Shown here: piece by piece, positions 1 to 11,014 of the stretch | Layout of the letters: each line of letters begins with the position of its first letter | How positions within the stretch are numbered: position 1 is the stretch's first letter | NCBI GenBank assembly: GCA_963829335.1 | Contig: CAWHIE010000001.1 | Location: 174,474 to 238,473, forward strand | Length of the DNA stretch: 64,000 nt | Source of the DNA: an uncultured Methanoregulaceae archaeon | GTDB taxonomy: Archaea > Halobacteriota > Methanomicrobia > Methanomicrobiales > Methanospirillaceae | Direction: 5' to 3' | The notes under the pieces: model-generated | The model's database searches: none | What the model was told of the DNA's origin: nothing | What the model saw: only the letters and a program-made list of their open reading frames with translations | Made by a program: the position numbers and the translations under genes

Positions 1-915
1 ACCAGCCACACCAAGGAACTGAACTTTTCGTGGAAGGTCTTTGGCGAGAGGATCAATAACGAGGTGGTCAATATCTTTGGCAACTTTGTCTACCGCACCC
101 TCTTCTTCGCCCACAAGGAGTTTGGCGGTATCCCCCCATGCACCGTCGATCCTGCCATTATTGCCGAGATCGAAAAGAGCCGTCTCGCCGTTGACCGCAT
201 GATGAAGGATTACGAGTTCAAGGGAGCAGTAGATGCAATCATGGCGCTTGCGGCGTTTGGCAATACCTACATCCAGACCAATGCCCCGTGGAAACTGGTC
301 AAAACCGACCGGGATGCGGCGGCACAGGTGATCACCAACTGCGTCCAGATCGTCAAGGCGGTCGCCATCCTTATCGAGCCGGTGATGCCGCTCAAAGCCC
401 AGGAATGCTGGACCATGCTCGGGCACGGCGACAAGCTGGCAGATCATCCGCTCACCGAGGCGGCAGAGCCGGTGGTGCAGACCTGTATCCTGCCCCCGGC
501 CCCGCTCTTTACCCGGATGGAAGAGTCCCAGATCGCCGAGCTTGAAGATCTCCTGCAGAAACGTGTGGTTCAGGCGGACAGGAAGATGGAGAAGATCCCG
601 GTCCTTTCCTTTGAGGAATTCCAGAAACTGGACCTTCGTACCGGGAGAGTTCTCGCCGCAGAACCGGTCAGGAAATCCAGCAAACTCCTGAAACTCCAGG
701 TGGATATCGGGGGAGAGATCCGCCAGATCGTGGCAGGCATGCAGCAGTTCTACCAGCCTGACGAACTTGTGGGCAGGGATGTGGTGGTGGTCACGAACCT
801 TGCACCGGCAACGATCTTTGGCGTGGAGTCCAATGGCATGATTCTTGCCGCCGGGGATGCTGCGTCGCTGCTCACCCCCCTGAAGCCGGTTGAGCCGGGA
901 ACGAAGATCCGCTGA
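1..915 (+). CDS. metG: Methionyl-tRNA synthetase, C-terminal part (5' truncated by window edge)
   Basis: Frame open from base 1 (TSHTKELNFSWK..INNE..GNFVYR); anticodon-binding domain (GNTYIQTNAPWKL) plus Trbp111-like tRNA-binding domain (DLRTGRV..NLAPATIFGVESNGMIL). Confidence 0.96.
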   Translation, partial: TSHTKELNFSWKVFGERINNEVVNIFGNFVYRTLFFAHKEFGGIPPCTVDPAIIAEIEKSRLAVDRMMKDYEFKGAVDAIMALAAFGNTYIQTNAPWKLVKTDRDAAAQVITNCVQIVKAVAILIEPVMPLKAQECWTMLGHGDKLADHPLTEAAEPVVQTCILPPAPLFTRMEESQIAELEDLLQKRVVQADRKMEKIPVLSFEEFQKLDLRTGRVLAAEPVRKSSKLLKLQVDIGGEIRQIVAGMQQFYQPDELVGRDVVVVTNLAPATIFGVESNGMILAAGDAASLLTPLKPVEPGTKIR

Positions 916-1372
916 TACTGGATCTCAATCGCCATTTTTAGAGAGATTTCCCCGGTCAACTCAAGTTTTTGTAGTCGCTATCCGAACGGTACATGGGCAT
1001 CATTTTTTTTAAAGAAACACTCCATTCATGGTGAATTTTGTTTGAACCGTACATAAACCATGTTTTGATACTCCTTTTTCGGGAAAAAGACTCCAAAATT
1101 GAAATAACGACAAGATAACAGGGAAAAAAGAAGCACGCTACGATCTCAAAATCCCGGCAGGTTGTATGCATCTATCGTGACAGATGTCAAACACCCAGAG
1201 TGCCTGCATATAAAGTGCGGTGCTCCGAACAGAGAAACGCGGGGATACCGGAGCGTGCTGACCAGGGCCGGTTATAGATACCAGAACCTGATGGTGGCTG
1301 CACCACGCTAGCAATCATCGTCATGACTCCGTCTGGCTGGCGGTAAAATGATATAAAAAATTTCCGATCAGG

Positions 1373-1585
1373 TTACTGTTGTCCTTCGAAGTACCTCATT
1401 GCTTTAGGAACGTGCTTTTTTATTTCCTCAAAGAAATACTTTACTAATTTTGTATCCGAATCAGCGATCGAGCCATTTATGGTGACGATCAGCCAGTTTG
1501 GCAGATCCGGGTTTTTGTCAAGGACATTCATCACCACAACAACCGTCTCATCGACGGCGGTTTTTGTTTTCCATCGGTAGGGCAT
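1373..1585 (-). CDS. Small hypothetical protein (~70 aa, MPYRWKTK...)
   Basis: Clean ORF with GGTG-type RBS upstream of the ATG; alpha-helical composition; no motif recognised. Confidence 0.6.
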   Translation of the reverse strand: MPYRWKTKTAVDETVVVVMNVLDKNPDLPNWLIVTINGSIADSDTKLVKYFFEEIKKHVPKAMRYFEGQQ

Positions 1586-1975
1586 TTCTTTACACCTCAT
1601 TTGCGCCAATCCTTTTTTTCATACCATAAATCTATCCACATAATTCAATTTTTGAAATATTTTCTGTGAATACAGAAAGCGCGACCGCGCTCACCTCCGA
1701 ATGTTCCTTGACAATTATCTATCCTGGCGTCGATCACTACTGCCATGTGAGGAGATGTGACCCGGGGAACCACCTTTCCGGGAAAAATGTAGCCGGGACC
1801 ATGACACCCGCAGAACACAAAAAGTTCCTCTGTCACCTGACATGTATCATGGAAAAGATTCTCAAAATTAACGAGCAGGATGGAATGATCACGTTCAGCG
1901 CCATCAAATTTCTAATTTCGAGGCTTCTCTTCGTAATCATCAATTTAAAAAAAAGATTGGTTCTCCCGTGAATAC

Positions 1976-2536
1976 CTACTTTTTTCTGTACTTCTTCCCG
2001 GCAGAGAACGCTTTGTCGACCTGTTTCCCGACATCGAAATAGGTAGCCTGGGCGTACACGATGGGATGAATTTTCGTTATATCGGGTTTCCCATCCGTCA
2101 CACAGGACTTGTCTGCATGAATCTCCACAACTTCGCCTATGTGCACATGGTGGCTCCCACAGTCGACGGAATTGAATAGTTTGCATTCAATATTGACGGG
2201 GCACTCTTGAGCCAGGGGAGCAGTTTTCAGTTTCCCGTAAAACGACCGGAAGATCCCGGCCTTGTCCTCATGTGCACCGGAGACGAGACCGCAGTAGTCG
2301 GTTTCGACAACCTGTTGTGTTGACGGGATGTTCAGGCTGAAGGTCTTATTCTCTTCGATTCCCTGAGCGGTATATCGTGCCTTGTTGATTGCGACGCAGA
2401 CCATCGGTGGCGCCATACAGGCGACCATGGCCCAAGCGGCGGTCATGTAATTTGGCTTACCCTTGATATGTGCACCGACGAGTACCGTTGGCATTACACT
2501 CATGTACGGCATTGGGCCAAGCGTTATCTTTTCCAT
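1976..2536 (-). CDS. Flavin reductase-like FMN-binding protein (flavoredoxin family)
   Basis: MPTVLVG..PNYMTAAW..FSLNIP..DYCGLVSG..APLAQECPVNIEC..HIGEV motifs; start taken at MEKITLGP. Confidence 0.9.
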   Translation of the reverse strand: MEKITLGPMPYMSVMPTVLVGAHIKGKPNYMTAAWAMVACMAPPMVCVAINKARYTAQGIEENKTFSLNIPSTQQVVETDYCGLVSGAHEDKAGIFRSFYGKLKTAPLAQECPVNIECKLFNSVDCGSHHVHIGEVVEIHADKSCVTDGKPDITKIHPIVYAQATYFDVGKQVDKAFSAGKKYRKK

Positions 2537-2923
2537 GTTTTTCTTCTCTCCGGAACAAGATTTGCAGAGGAGGCGTTTTAAGGTTACTTTTGTGAACAGC
2601 GAATCTGCGAATGGGCTGTTGGGCACATATTCAGGGATAATAGAGACCTCCTCCGTCTATTCTTGTTGGCGACGGGTAAAAATTCACCACGCCAAGCTTT
2701 TCTGAGTGGTTGAAACTACTAACACATGTGAGATAGTTTAAAAACATCATTCAACTCTGCTGAGCGTTGAATGTCTGGCCTGCCTTCACGGGCATCCGTG
2801 AATCGAAGAGTACATTAAACCCCATGGGCAACTATTGTTCAGCACGTACCGGGGGGCTCCTGCACGAAATTCCTGTATCTTGACCAGACCGTAAAGAACC
2901 CATACCTGATCCCGGGCCTGATC

Positions 2924-4609
2924 ATGGTAAGTACCGTTGCATCACTTTTTCTGAACTGGTACGGGCTCACCCTGGGTATCACCAATGTCCTGCCCCATCT
3001 TTTTTATATCCCGGTCATTCTTGCTGCCTATTACTATCCCCGTCGCGGTATTCTGTTCACGACCGCCCTCTCGGCCATGTATGGTATGATTGTCATCGGC
3101 GTTGGATCACCATCTGCTGAAGTCCTTGTCTCAGCGCTCGCACGGATGATAGTGTTTATCGTCATCGGGACCGTGGTATCCTACCTGAGCGGCAGGATGC
3201 AGCAGGATGCCAGCCTGTGCCGACGGTCGGTGTCCATGCTCGAGTCCTCCGATGACGCCGTGGTGGGCAAAACCCTTGACGGGATCATCACAGACTGGAA
3301 TTCCGGCGCCGAACGACTCTATGGATACACCGCCCGGGAAATTATCGGGAAACCGGTCAGGTTGCTGACCCCCCCTGATCGACCCGACGATGTTCCACGG
3401 CTCATTGAGCGGATCCGGCGCGGGGAACGTATTGAGCGTTATGAAACGGACAGGATCACAAAAGACGGGAGGTCCATCCAGGTATCACTCTCCCTGTCTC
3501 CGATTAAGGATGCTCACGGGGCCATCATCGGTGCTTCCACCACCGCCAACGATATTACCGAGAAGAAAAGGATGCAGGACGAGATCCTGCGGACAAAAAA
3601 CGAATGGGAGCGGACTTTTGACGCAGTTCCCGACCTGATCTCTATCATCGACCGGGAGAACCGCATCGTGCGGGTGAACAAGGGGATGGCCGACCGGCTT
3701 GGTCTGCAGCCTTCGGAGGCCATCGGACATCCCTGTTACGAGATAGTGCATCACAGCGGACTGCCACCACAATCGTGCCCCCACCAGCTCCTGATGAACG
3801 ACGGCCGGGAACACATGCAGGAGATCCATGAGGAGACCCTGAACGGGGACTTCCTGGTTACTGCCTCCCCGATTAGGGACGCATCCGGGACGATAACCGG
3901 GTATGTCCATGTTCTCCATGATATTACGGAACCGAAACGGGCTGAAAAAGCCCTGCAGCAGGCAGTGAAAAAACTCAACATGCTCTCCTCGATCACCCGT
4001 CACGATATCCTGAACCAGCTGATGGTACTGGGTGGCTACCTGGTGATCTCCAAAGATACCATTAAAGACCCTGAAATTCTGGGTTTCGTCAGAAAGGAGG
4101 AAGAAGCGGTAACATCGATCCGCCGCCAGATCGAATTTACCCGCTATTACGAAGATATTGGTGTGAACGCGCCCCAGTGGCAGGAGATCGTAGCCACGAT
4201 CCGCTCATCAGCGGCGCAACTTCCTGTTGAAGGCATCACTCTCGAGATCACCTTTTCCCACGTTGAAATCTTCTCCGATCCCCTTATCAGTAAGGTTTTC
4301 TATAACCTCATGGAGAACTCGATACGTCACGGGGGCGATGTCACCCGGATCAGGTTCCTGTTGAATGAAGCGGACACGGGCGCAGCGATTATCTACGAAG
4401 ATAACGGTGTCGGGATACCCGCCGAAGACAAGGAACGCATCTTCCGGAGAGGGTTTGGCAAACACACCGGCCTTGGGCTTTTCCTGACCCGCGAGATCCT
4501 CGCGATCACCGGTATCACGATCCGTGAGAATGGCGAGCCGGGCAAAGGCGTGCGCTTCGAGATCCTGGTACCGCGTGAGATGTACCGGAATATACCGGAT
4601 TCACCATGA
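2924..4609 (+). CDS. Membrane-bound PAS-domain sensor histidine kinase
   Basis: N-terminal TM helices, two PAS/PAC domains, H-box ITRHDILNQL, N-box NLMENSIRHG, EDNGVGI, GFGKHTGLGL. Confidence 0.93.
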   Translation: MVSTVASLFLNWYGLTLGITNVLPHLFYIPVILAAYYYPRRGILFTTALSAMYGMIVIGVGSPSAEVLVSALARMIVFIVIGTVVSYLSGRMQQDASLCRRSVSMLESSDDAVVGKTLDGIITDWNSGAERLYGYTAREIIGKPVRLLTPPDRPDDVPRLIERIRRGERIERYETDRITKDGRSIQVSLSLSPIKDAHGAIIGASTTANDITEKKRMQDEILRTKNEWERTFDAVPDLISIIDRENRIVRVNKGMADRLGLQPSEAIGHPCYEIVHHSGLPPQSCPHQLLMNDGREHMQEIHEETLNGDFLVTASPIRDASGTITGYVHVLHDITEPKRAEKALQQAVKKLNMLSSITRHDILNQLMVLGGYLVISKDTIKDPEILGFVRKEEEAVTSIRRQIEFTRYYEDIGVNAPQWQEIVATIRSSAAQLPVEGITLEITFSHVEIFSDPLISKVFYNLMENSIRHGGDVTRIRFLLNEADTGAAIIYEDNGVGIPAEDKERIFRRGFGKHTGLGLFLTREILAITGITIRENGEPGKGVRFEILVPREMYRNIPDSP

Positions 4610-5487
4610 CCGCCCCGCAGGTCGATCCTGGACTGACTGCAACCCTCCTTGCCCTCCAGAAGGGTGAGATCACCGAACACCATATTTACCAAAAAATTGC
4701 TGCGGCACAGAAAGATCTCCACAACCGTGAGGTGCTGTATCGGATAGCCGAGCAGGAACTTGGGCATTATTCGATCTGGAAACGTTACACGCAGCAGGAC
4801 GTGGCACCGGCCACGCTCCGTATCTGGTTCTATTACCTGATCGCACGGGTCTTTGGCATGACATTTGCCATCAAGCTCATGGAAGGAGTGGAGAAACGTG
4901 CTCAGGTGCATGACCAGGGACTTGCTGACCAGATCCCTGAGTCGAAAGAGATCCTTGTCAACGAGGAGAACCATGAACGGGAACTCATCGCACTCATCGA
5001 TGAAGAACGGCTGAAATACCTTGGCTCGGTTGTACTCGGTCTTAATGACGCCCTCATCGAGTTCACCGGCACCCTTGCCGGGCTGACCTTTGCGATCCAA
5101 AACACGAAGATCATTGCGGTGGCAGGCCTGATCACTGGTGTTGCCGCCACGCTTTCGATGGGGGCATCCGAGGACCTTTCCCAGCGGTCGGACGGTGGAC
5201 CGACCAACCCTATCAAGGCATCTGCCTATACCGGAGCTGCCTACATCGCAACCGTCGCCCTGCTGATTCTCCCGTACCTGGTCCTGAAAAGCCCCTACCA
5301 CGCCCTGATATTCACCCTGACGGGGGCAGTTCTCATCATTGTCCTGTTCACGTTCTATATATCTGTAGCCAAAGATCTTCCCTTCTGGAGACGTCTCGGC
5401 GAGATGATCCTCATCAGCCTCGGTATTGCAGGGATCTCCTTTGTGATTGGTATTCTCATCCGCACGGTGTTGAACGTCAACATTTAA
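4606..5487 (+). CDS. Rubrerythrin-like domain fused to VIT1/CCC1 family transporter
   Basis: Ferritin-like EITEH..EQELGH..EENHE motifs, then VLGLNDALIE..LSMGASE and TM helices; ATGA overlap with the kinase gene. Confidence 0.88.
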   Translation: MTAPQVDPGLTATLLALQKGEITEHHIYQKIAAAQKDLHNREVLYRIAEQELGHYSIWKRYTQQDVAPATLRIWFYYLIARVFGMTFAIKLMEGVEKRAQVHDQGLADQIPESKEILVNEENHERELIALIDEERLKYLGSVVLGLNDALIEFTGTLAGLTFAIQNTKIIAVAGLITGVAATLSMGASEDLSQRSDGGPTNPIKASAYTGAAYIATVALLILPYLVLKSPYHALIFTLTGAVLIIVLFTFYISVAKDLPFWRRLGEMILISLGIAGISFVIGILIRTVLNVNI

Positions 5488-5645
5488 GAGAGACGTTTAT
5501 GGGACATTCTCACCCGGGTTCTGGTATATTTCTGCATTGAGCGTTTTCATGGATCCATGGTGCCAGGATCGAAAAAACGTACGTTTATGCCCGCAGACTT
5601 CCCCATTGAAGTACGAATGAAAAGAAAAATGTTGACGGTGACCCT

Positions 5646-6440
5646 GTGAAGACCATCATTTATTATTTCAGCGGTACCGGAAATTCGCTCGCGGCTGCAC
5701 GGATTATCTGCCGCCATCTCGGTGACTGCGAACTGGTACCGATCGCGTCGCTTCCCGGAACCCTTACAAATATCATTCCTGCTGCAGACCGCGTGGGCAT
5801 CGTGTGCCCGGTCTATGATCTTGGCCTGCCATCGATTGTGGTCGAATTCGTACAGCGGCTGGACCTCTCCCGCGCCGGCTATAGTTTCGCTGTCCTGACC
5901 ATGGGCGGGTTTGGAGCGTCCGCACTCCACCAGCTCGACGATCTTGTCTTTGCCCGTTCACGGCGGCATCTTGATGCCGCATTTACCGTCAAAATGGTGG
6001 GCAACTTCGTACCGCTCTACGAACCGGCGAAAGGGACCAAGCGGGAAAAACTTCTTGGTGATGCTGAAAAGCGTCTGGACGAGATCGCGGTGAAGATTGA
6101 TATGGGTCTTACCGTACAGCCTGGTAGTGCGTTATTGACAGGTCTCCTGAAGCGGTTCATGTATGACGGGTTCATCCTCCGGATCCACGATGCGGACAAG
6201 GACTTCCTCGCTGACGAAAAATGCACATCCTGCGGTACCTGTGCGGAAGTCTGCCCGGTCCACAATATCGATATGGTTGATGGCAGGCCGGTCTGGAAGC
6301 ACCACTGCGAACTCTGCTGTGCCTGCATCCACCTCTGCCCGGTCGAGGCGATCCAGTACGGGCAGAAAACCAAAACCCGGGGACGGTACCGGCACCCTGA
6401 CCTGAAGATTGCAGATATGAAAGCCCAGCGGGGCGAATGA
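5646..6440 (+). CDS. EFR1-family flavodoxin-ferredoxin fusion
   Basis: YYFSGTGNS flavodoxin motif; two CxxCxxCxxxCP 4Fe-4S motifs. Confidence 0.92.
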   Translation: MKTIIYYFSGTGNSLAAARIICRHLGDCELVPIASLPGTLTNIIPAADRVGIVCPVYDLGLPSIVVEFVQRLDLSRAGYSFAVLTMGGFGASALHQLDDLVFARSRRHLDAAFTVKMVGNFVPLYEPAKGTKREKLLGDAEKRLDEIAVKIDMGLTVQPGSALLTGLLKRFMYDGFILRIHDADKDFLADEKCTSCGTCAEVCPVHNIDMVDGRPVWKHHCELCCACIHLCPVEAIQYGQKTKTRGRYRHPDLKIADMKAQRGE

Positions 6441-6574
6441 AACCCGGTACATCGTTCCAAACTTTTTTCGATGTTACATTCCAAGATTTGAAGATATATC
6501 TTTCCTTGCTCACCGGGAGGAACTTCCAGATTGCCGACATAAATTTAACAGATCTTCCCTGGAGAAAAAAAAGA

Positions 6575-7387
6575 TTATTTTTCTATTTTTGCAAGTTCTT
6601 TGGTGAGATCCCGCGAAAGGTCTACACCCGTAAATGCACCGGTTGTTGGCAGTATCATGTCAAATTCGGGAGTTATGTCATATTCGACGGTGGTATTGGC
6701 AGGCACGATGAAATCGAGGATGTGGCCGCCGGTCTGGCGGTCATCGCTGATGTAATGGAGATGGTACCCCGCAACATTGAGCCCCTCAAAAAAAACCGGG
6801 GTGTAGAACCCGACAACGGAGCCGGTAGCATTCGTGTAGGAATAGACCGACTGATTCTGTAATGCCTCCGCCAGGGTGGGATAAGGTTTCTGTTGCGGAG
6901 GTTCGGATCGCACCCTGATGGAGGGGAAAGTTCCCTGCATCCGCACCGCATAAACCATATTCTTCGACGGCAGCCGATCGGCCATCGTTGAGGCGAAAAT
7001 GGAGAGGTTCATCGGACTTCCGGTGGTAACCGTAACGTCGCGATCAAAGAAGGTCACCGTAGCAAATGGTGTGGTGAGACCATCCGGGACCCGGTATATA
7101 TGGCCGTCTGCCTTCGCCTGGTAGACAATTCCGTCCAGCACGATCATCTCGCCATCCAGGGCATCGAACGTGCCGATCCCGAAATCCCCATGTTTTTTGA
7201 GTTCTGCGACCGGCTGTATCCCGTCAAAGACACCCTGCATCAGGGCATCGATGGTCGAGACCTGGTACAGCGTCTCCCGTTCTGACGGGACCGGGGCATT
7301 CCTGGTGAACTGGGAATATACCGATGCCGCAAAGAACACCAGTACGACGGCGAGCCCGATGCCAAGGAAAAATTTCAGCGTATCCAT
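6575..7387 (-). CDS. budA: Alpha-acetolactate decarboxylase with N-terminal signal/anchor
   Basis: LYQVSTIDAL, HGDFGIGTF.ALDGEMIVLDG, GYHLHYI..GGHILDF. Confidence 0.92.
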   Translation of the reverse strand: MDTLKFFLGIGLAVVLVFFAASVYSQFTRNAPVPSERETLYQVSTIDALMQGVFDGIQPVAELKKHGDFGIGTFDALDGEMIVLDGIVYQAKADGHIYRVPDGLTTPFATVTFFDRDVTVTTGSPMNLSIFASTMADRLPSKNMVYAVRMQGTFPSIRVRSEPPQQKPYPTLAEALQNQSVYSYTNATGSVVGFYTPVFFEGLNVAGYHLHYISDDRQTGGHILDFIVPANTTVEYDITPEFDMILPTTGAFTGVDLSRDLTKELAKIEK

Positions 7388-7723
7388 GGTACCAACGAAT
7401 TACTTCCTGAAAATAAAAAAGGTGGTGTACCTGTACACGTTCTCCACCATCAAGAAAAAAGAATCAGCTTTATATGCCCGGTTATCCAGAAAAAGACCCT
7501 TTTTCGCGCGCCTGCCGGGAAAAACCCGCACGTTCCTGCGTTTTTCTCCGGATTTTTTAATTGCCATTTTAATGTCATTTTTTAATTCTGGACGGTCAGG
7601 AACGATTTCCGGGGAGTCGGAAGGAATGTGGACAATACAATATTCCCAAAACTTTCCTTCCCCTTATATCCGGCCGGGTCTTACAAAAATTACCGGCAAG
7701 TTCCGGACTGGTGATTAAGTTCT

Positions 7724-8971
7724 ATGACAAAACTCCATCTTGGTTCAGGAATAATCCTGCTTGTACTATTTTTTACTGTCGGAATCGTGTGGGCAGCAGA
7801 CATGGACGCCAATCTTAGCGTCTCGAAAGTTGTGAGCTCAGCCGCACCCTATGAAACAGGTCAACCGGTGACCTGGGTTATAACTCTCTCGAATAACGGG
7901 CCGATTGACGCAACAAACATCTCCCTGGCTGAAGATCTTTCGGGTTTCTCCGGCCAGGTGAATATAAGCGGCACCGCAGATCTGGGCACCTATAATAATG
8001 CCTCACGGATATGGAATATCAGCCAGCTCGATAACGCCTCGTCCGCTCATCTCACGATAATTACCCTGTTCTCTGCGTCAGGTCAGCAGACAAATAATGT
8101 GGATATCCTTGGTCTCGACCAGACAAATCAGGGAACTACTCATGCTGATGCAATAATACCCGTAATTAACAACGCAGGGGCGGTCATTCCCGATCAGCCA
8201 TTAAAGGTAAACCTCCAGATCAAGCCAACTACCCTGAACCTTAACAGCAAGGGTGTATTTACCGTATTTATTACCCTGAGCGGTGGGGATTCCCCGTTCC
8301 CGACGGATATGGACCGCAAACCCCGCATCGATTTCGGGAACAGTTCCCTGACCTGCGGCGGCGCTGAACTTGTTCGTGCCAGTACGTCGAATAAGGACGG
8401 TGGGACCCTTATTGCAAAGTTCCACCGCCAGGACCTCGAGAATGTTACCAGCGGGCCGGGCGTCCGGATTAACTGTTCGGGGACACTTTCCGTCAATGGA
8501 AAATCCGTTGATGTCGAGGGTAGTGATACCATCAGGGTCATCGGGGAAAAGAAGGGACTGGATAAATTCATTTCAAGACTTATGAAGTACCTGGGCCTTG
8601 AAAAAGATGATATTGCGGTCAATGAAACCGAGGACGGGAATTTCACGGTGTCATTCACCCTGAACCCCGATAACGTTAAGAATAACGGCCAGATGAAGAA
8701 AGCGCTGAAGAACGCGGATACTACCTCATTCCCTGCGGGTAGTACCCGGAACGCCTCTGACAAGGGCACTGGTCAGCAGGACACGGTGAAGAACAATGGC
8801 AAGGATAAAAACAATAACGGCCAGGACAACAAGGTCCAGGAGAACAACGCCGGCACGGATAAGAAGGTCCAGAAGAACGATAACGACAATAACAAGGACA
8901 ATGGCAACAAAAATAACAACAATGGCCTTGGCGAATCGAATGGAAAATCAAACGGGAAAAAGAACACGTGA
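7724..8971 (+). CDS. Secreted DUF11 (Ig-like) protein with Asn/Lys/Asp-rich tail
   Basis: Signal peptide, ANLSVSK..VTWVITLSNNGP DUF11 motif, IKPTTLNLNSKG domain, low-complexity C-terminus. Confidence 0.8.
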   Translation: MTKLHLGSGIILLVLFFTVGIVWAADMDANLSVSKVVSSAAPYETGQPVTWVITLSNNGPIDATNISLAEDLSGFSGQVNISGTADLGTYNNASRIWNISQLDNASSAHLTIITLFSASGQQTNNVDILGLDQTNQGTTHADAIIPVINNAGAVIPDQPLKVNLQIKPTTLNLNSKGVFTVFITLSGGDSPFPTDMDRKPRIDFGNSSLTCGGAELVRASTSNKDGGTLIAKFHRQDLENVTSGPGVRINCSGTLSVNGKSVDVEGSDTIRVIGEKKGLDKFISRLMKYLGLEKDDIAVNETEDGNFTVSFTLNPDNVKNNGQMKKALKNADTTSFPAGSTRNASDKGTGQQDTVKNNGKDKNNNGQDNKVQENNAGTDKKVQKNDNDNNKDNGNKNNNNGLGESNGKSNGKKNT

Positions 8972-9069
8972 ACAGGTTTCCCTGTCACCTTTTTTCCCGG
9001 GAGCATAACCACCTTTATGTGCCAGAAAAGCCACATTTCAACCAGAGAACCTGTGGATAACGAGGACGT

Positions 9070-9849
9070 ATGAACACCAGGCTGATCATCCTTGCGGGAT
9101 TTATTATCATTGCGCTGCTCTCCACTACGGGAACCGTCGTCGCATCGGGGGACAGTTCTGCAACCCCGGACACGGTTTCAGGTACCGGTGTCCCTGATAC
9201 AAATCCGATCGGCCCGGGAAGTCCTCTTTTCGGGCTGAAGGTCGCGATGGAAAACCTTGACGAAACGTTTACGGTCAATGATACCCGGAGGGTGGAAAAA
9301 CAGGTTGACCATGCCCAGGCCAGGATCGATGAGGTGCGACAGGAACTGGAACTCAACCAAACCGGCTATGCGGATCAGTCGCTGGAGCTGTACCGGGAGA
9401 AACTGAACCAGACAGAAGCCGCTTTACCACGTTTCCCGTTCAATGCGACCGGACTCCTGCATGCACAGGAGGTCATCGCCGGGCACCAGGCGGTGCTTGC
9501 TGATCTCCTGTCCCGGTACCCGGGCGACCCGGGTCTGACCCGTGCCTACAACCACAGTCAGGTACTCGAACAGAAGTTCGGAGAGAAAACCCGGGTGAAG
9601 TTCGACCGGGTCACCGGAAAGGATAATACAACCTCCCTCAAAGCGGTGAAACGGGAGACCGGGAAACAGAACAATGCCGGCAATACCGCATCTGCCGGGA
9701 GTTCCGGGGAGGGCAGGAATGATACCCAGGACCATGTGAAGGATAAAAAGACAGACGTTCCGGTAACTCCGCTCGTACCTCCGATTCACCCGACACCGGG
9801 CGATGACAAGGGATCGATTAAAGATCAGGGAAAAAAGGGAAGTAAATAA
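9070..9849 (+). CDS. Secreted DUF5667-like helical protein
   Basis: Signal peptide; IGPGSPLFGLKVAMENLDETFT..HAQARIDE typical of DUF5667. Confidence 0.75.
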   Translation: MNTRLIILAGFIIIALLSTTGTVVASGDSSATPDTVSGTGVPDTNPIGPGSPLFGLKVAMENLDETFTVNDTRRVEKQVDHAQARIDEVRQELELNQTGYADQSLELYREKLNQTEAALPRFPFNATGLLHAQEVIAGHQAVLADLLSRYPGDPGLTRAYNHSQVLEQKFGEKTRVKFDRVTGKDNTTSLKAVKRETGKQNNAGNTASAGSSGEGRNDTQDHVKDKKTDVPVTPLVPPIHPTPGDDKGSIKDQGKKGSK

Positions 9850-9899
9850 TAAAGTTGGGTGATCCGGATAAAATCCCCGGATCTTTACCCGCCGGTGGG

Positions 9900-10704
9900 T
9901 TATACTGACGGTCCTGGTGGGACGACCTGAGGTTCGCCCTGATCGTACACAAGGGTGAAGTACCGGGCAATAAAGATCGTGAAAAACGGTGCTATGATGA
10001 TGACGAGCACCCATCCGATGAACGGGATAACACCCAGGACCGCAGAAATGATGGCATAGATGATCCCGACAACAACGACGACAATGAGGGCAAGGATATA
10101 CGACAGCCACCCCATGGTCCGGATGGTCGTGAGGATCCCGGAAAACCGGATCCCTTCGCGGATACTTCCCGTCCGGGCAAACCGGACTGCACCGAGGATT
10201 CCAAAGAACAGGACGATTATCAGGAGGATGAACTCCAGAAGAAGAAGGAGCAGCACGAAGAGCAGAATGGCGATATTCATCGCAGGGGCTGCCGGGGAAG
10301 AAACAAAAAATACAAACGCAAAGAGGGCTCCGACTGCCAGCACGATGAAGAGGGGCAGCACCCAGAGGAGCCATACGATTGCGAGCTTGATACCGTCGAC
10401 AAAAAGACCTGCCCAGTTGGTGAAGTCAGGCGCAGGTTTTTCTCCCCGGTATACCCGGACACACATAGCCCGAGATAAAGAACGAGAGGAGGATGCCGAT
10501 GCCGGCAAGGATGGCGATCTGACCCCACGGGATAGCACTCCAGTTAATTGTCGTGCCGGTCATGATTTTTTTCGGGTCAACGACAAACTGGATGAGCGAG
10601 AACGGAAGTGCGAGGATAATGAAAATCGCCCACCGCACCCATTTTCCCACCAGCGCATCCTGTGCATAAGCAAATGAGTCTGAAAGTAATACTCCGATAT
10701 CCAT
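9900..10704 (-). CDS. DUF4013 family membrane protein (frameshift near 10465)
   Basis: MDIGVLLSDSFAY..FFISGY joins VRVYRGEKPAPDFTNW..LFVDGIK in another frame. Confidence 0.85.
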
Positions 10705-11014
10705 AGCATGATCTCGTGTGATTATGGTATATTAACAATGGTAATGTAATTGGCACTACGCCAAACCGGACCTCGCGTTCTGCTCCCTTCGGAAGGTTCT
10801 GGCAATCGGTCACAGCAGAAAGCCCGGAAAATTTCAGCCATACCTGCCATGGCTCTTTGGTTAAGGTTTGCCCGGCTGAAGCATTCCACCGCTCTGATGC
10901 TTCTGCGACCTCGTTTTCAGTTCTTCAGGCCAATGGAACCGGTGTCCTGATCGGGATGATGACAATGCTTAAGCGGGCCGGAACGAATCAACTAAGGAAA
11001 CAGGATGTACCACC

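Noticed and set aside
1140-1370. Possible ncRNA downstream of metG
   Set aside because: No recognisable family motif or convincing stable structure by eye.
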